The translations under genes and the position numbers were made by a program. A stretch of DNA of 64,000 nucleotides, from contig OX597835.1 in assembly GCA_951406725.2 (NCBI GenBank), forward strand, positions 30,318,001 through 30,382,000. The letters are read 5' to 3'. Shown one piece after another: positions 60,158 through 64,000 of the stretch (position 1 is its first letter; each line of letters begins with the position of its first letter). Source of the stretch: Octopus vulgaris. Taxonomy: Eukaryota. Below the pieces are notes generated by a model. It did no database searches and was not told where the DNA came from. It worked only from the letters and a program-made list of their open reading frames with translations.

Positions 60158-60441
60158 TGCGTGTGTGTATGTATGCATATATGTATGTATGCATGTATAT
60201 GTGTATGTATATATATGTGTGTGTAAGTGTGTGCATATATGTATTTGTAAGTATGTGTGCGCGTATGAGTATGTATGTATGCTTGCACACGTGTATATAT
60301 ATGTGTGTGTGTGTATATATATGGATGCGCGTGCGTGTGTGCACGTGTATGGGTACGCATGTATATGTGTATGTGCGTGTATGCGTATACGTGTATGTAT
60401 GTATGTGTGTGCGTAGATTTGTATATGCATGTGTGAGTGTG

Positions 60442-60473
<32 letters not shown>

Positions 60474-60653
60474 TATAGATGGGTGTGTGTATGCGTATAA
60501 ATGCATGTAAGTATGGATGTATGGATGTATGTATGTATGTATACGTATGTATGTGTGTATGTGTGTATGTATATATATATGTGTGTATATATGTTTGTGT
60601 ATGTATATATATGTGTATGTATGTGTGTGTATATGTATGTGTGTATGTGTATG

Positions 60654-60703
<50 letters not shown>

Positions 60704-61581
60704 TATGTATCTGTATGTAGGAGTATATATGTGTGTGTGTGTATGTATATGCGGGTATATATATATATATGTATATTTATTGGTGTATATGTATAGACTA
60801 GCCTCCTAAAGTGTAGACACGAATCTGTAGGTACGAGTACGTATGTGTATATACGTGAACGTATGTAGATGTTTGTATGTATGAATATAACACGTGCGTA
60901 CGTGTATGTGTATGAGTGTACGAATGGGTGAATGTACGTGCTAATGAGTGTGCGTGCGGGAATGAGTACTTGCCTTCTAGTAGACAGACAAATGGACATG
61001 CAGCCATTGCCAGGATTCTTAGCCCTAGCGATCAAAGATAACAAAAGTAATAAATGAAGATAATAAAATTAAAATTAGGGAATGGGCCTGTATTGGATTG
61101 TATATATATATATGTATATGTATATTTGTATGTATGTATGTGTGTATGTGTAGGTATGTATAGGTACACATGTGTATGTGTATGTGTATGTATATATGTG
61201 TGTATGTATGTATGTGCACACATGTATATATATGTATGCGTGTATATGTTTATATATATATATGTGTACATAGGTGTATGTGGGTGTATGTATATATAGG
61301 TGTAAATATGTGTATATAGGGAACTAGGTGTGTTGTGTGTGCATGAGTGTATGTGCGTATGAATATATATTTTTATGTGTATATATGTATGTGTGGTCGT
61401 GGGTATATATATATATATATATACATGTGTGTATGCGTGCATGCATGGGAGTGAGTGTATGCATATATACGTGTGTGTATGTGTAGACAGGTATAGGCAT
61501 GTGCATGTGTATAAATTTGTATATGTGGGCGGGTGTATGTATGTGTGTATGTAGATATGTATGTATGTGTGTACATATGTT

Positions 61582-61632
<51 letters not shown>

Positions 61633-62015
61633 ATATATATGTGTATGTATGTATGTGTGTGTAGATACGTATACATGTGTGTATAGGTATAAGTGAGAAT
61701 CTCCTTATTTACCTATAACTCTATCCCCCCTTTTTTTATATATATATTTTTTTATATATATATTTTATATATATATTTTTTTATATATATTTTTTATATT
61801 TTTTATTTTTTTATTTTTTTATTTTTTTATTTTATTTTTTTATTTTTTATCTTTTTATTTTTTTATTTATCTATTCTTTCATCTAACTTACCACTGACTC
61901 CTTGACCACTCCCCCAAGTATGATATTTTGCGCTATGCCTACCCCCAAAAGTCCCCCACCACCACTCCTTTAAACCTGCCTAAATGTATAAATGCTAATA
62001 CAATTCTTGTTAAAT

Positions 62016-62066
62016 AGCTTCCTGAAGATTTCTCTTGAATGAAACAGTACTAGTCCTGTAGAAGCT
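62016..62066 (+). ncRNA. Type I hammerhead ribozyme with full stem III
   Basis: AGCTTC-CTGAAGA-T-TTC-TCTT-GAA-T-GAAA-CAG-TACTAGTC-CTG-TA-GAAGCT: 6-bp stem I, 4-bp stem III, predicted cleavage after GUA at 62060. Confidence 0.85.
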
Positions 62067-62149
62067 CCTTCTATATAATAAATTAATTTTACTCTGCTAT
62101 GTATTGAGTACCTTACTTACTGTGGTTAACCCCGAATCAACCCGGGACC

Positions 62150-62199
<50 letters not shown>

Positions 62200-62201
<2 letters not shown>

Positions 62202-62548
62202 CGCAAGTGTGGCTGTGTGGTAAGTAGCTTATTTACCAACCACATGGTTCCGGGTTCAGTCCCCTCGTGGATTTGGTAGACGGAAAAGGAAAGAAGTCCG
62301 TCTTATAAATGTATATGTGTGTGTGTGTGTATTTTGTGTGTCTGTGTTTATCCCCCACCAACATCGCTTGATAACAGATGCTGGGTGTTTATGTCCCCGT
62401 AACTTACCGGTTCGGCAAAGGAAAACCGTTAGAATAAGCACTAGGCTTACAAAGAATAAGTCCTGGAGTCAATTTGCTCGACTAAAAGGCGGTGCTCCAG
62501 CATGGCCACAGTCACATGACTGTAAAAAGTAAGAGAGGTAAAGAGTAT
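62200..62548 (+). mobile_element. SINE family A with internal deletion
   Basis: Head GGCGCAAGTGTGGCTGTGTGGTAAG and family tail. Confidence 0.85.
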
Positions 62549-62728
62549 AAAAATATGTGTGTGTGTGTGTCTCCTTTCAGTTTTCGTCTACGACATCCTC
62601 TCGCAAGTCTTTGGTCGATGACACTTGCTCAAGGTGCCAGGTGTGGGACTGACTCCTGAACTGTGTGGTAGCCATGTACAAACATATACAAATATACGCA
62701 TACAAACAGACACATATATGTATGCATG

Positions 62729-62784
<56 letters not shown>

Positions 62785-62923
62785 CGTGTGTTTGTTGTAA
62801 GTGTGTGTGTGTGTTTGTTGTGTGTGTGTGTGTGTCTGCATGGATCATATACATATATGCATATATATATATATGTATAAAGATATATAGATATATATAC
62901 ATATACATATATATATATATATG

Positions 62924-62974
<51 letters not shown>

Positions 62975-63045
62975 ATATATACATATGTATATCTATATAT
63001 ATATGTATATATATATATACATATACATATATACATTTATATATT

Positions 63046-63077
<32 letters not shown>

Positions 63078-63365
63078 CACATACATATACATACAAGTAT
63101 AAATGTATAAATATATCACTATATCATATGGGCATATTCATATATTATCTATTTTGTTTCTATTACCACACCTGCATATATACATAAATATATATACTGA
63201 TATACATTCGCACGTGCACAGTCACACTCGCTCACACACACATAGGTACACATACATGCATATAGTACAATATAGTGATGATACACAATGTCTTCAACAC
63301 AGATATACATATATATGTGCGTGTGCGTGTATATATATGTCTGCGAATATGTGCATTTATATATG

Positions 63366-63398
<33 letters not shown>

Positions 63399-63533
63399 AT
63401 GTGTGTGTATGTGTGTGTGTGTGTAGGTTGATAGATAGATAGATTGTTATACAATCAGATACATAGTTATTTATATTGAAGGATATGAGAAAGCAATACA
63501 TGTACACCTGAACACTAACTCATACATATATCC

Positions 63534-63747
<214 letters not shown>

Positions 63748-63921
63748 ACATGTATACATATAAACATACATACGCATAAATGAATACACGTGTGACGAAA
63801 GCCACTGTATAATGCATAATACATGATAGCACGTGGAATGAGACAAGAATGTGTACGTAAAGGCGTATATAAACAAATGCGCTATTGATCACATGTATGT
63901 GTGTGTGTGTGTGTGTGTGTT

Positions 63922-63962
<41 letters not shown>

Positions 63963-63963
63963 C

Positions 63964-63994
<31 letters not shown>

Positions 63995-64000
63995 ATATAT

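Overview
AT-rich eukaryotic intronic or intergenic DNA saturated with (TA)n, (CA)n, (TATG)n, (TATC)n and trinucleotide microsatellites. The repeat landscape and SINE families suggest an octopus (coleoid cephalopod) genome; this is an inference. Almost all listed ORFs are microsatellite translation artefacts, and no host protein-coding gene is confidently recognisable, only a few isolated candidate exons. The recognisable content is mobile DNA: several tRNA-derived SINE families, decayed mariner and DD37D/maT-type transposons, a CR1/L2-type LINE relic, and Penelope-like elements (PLEs, GIY-YIG endonuclease). The main signal is a recurrent architecture of three unrelated inverted (fold-back) duplications at about 23045-25934, 52231-52568 and 58894/62083. 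Each sits in (TA)n and carries an outward-facing type I hammerhead ribozyme (HHR) motif in both arms. About eight more solo HHR-like motifs lie in short PLE-derived remnants. A ~1.9 kb tandem duplication containing (TA)n-centred palindromes and a TGCA-dense unique island are also present.
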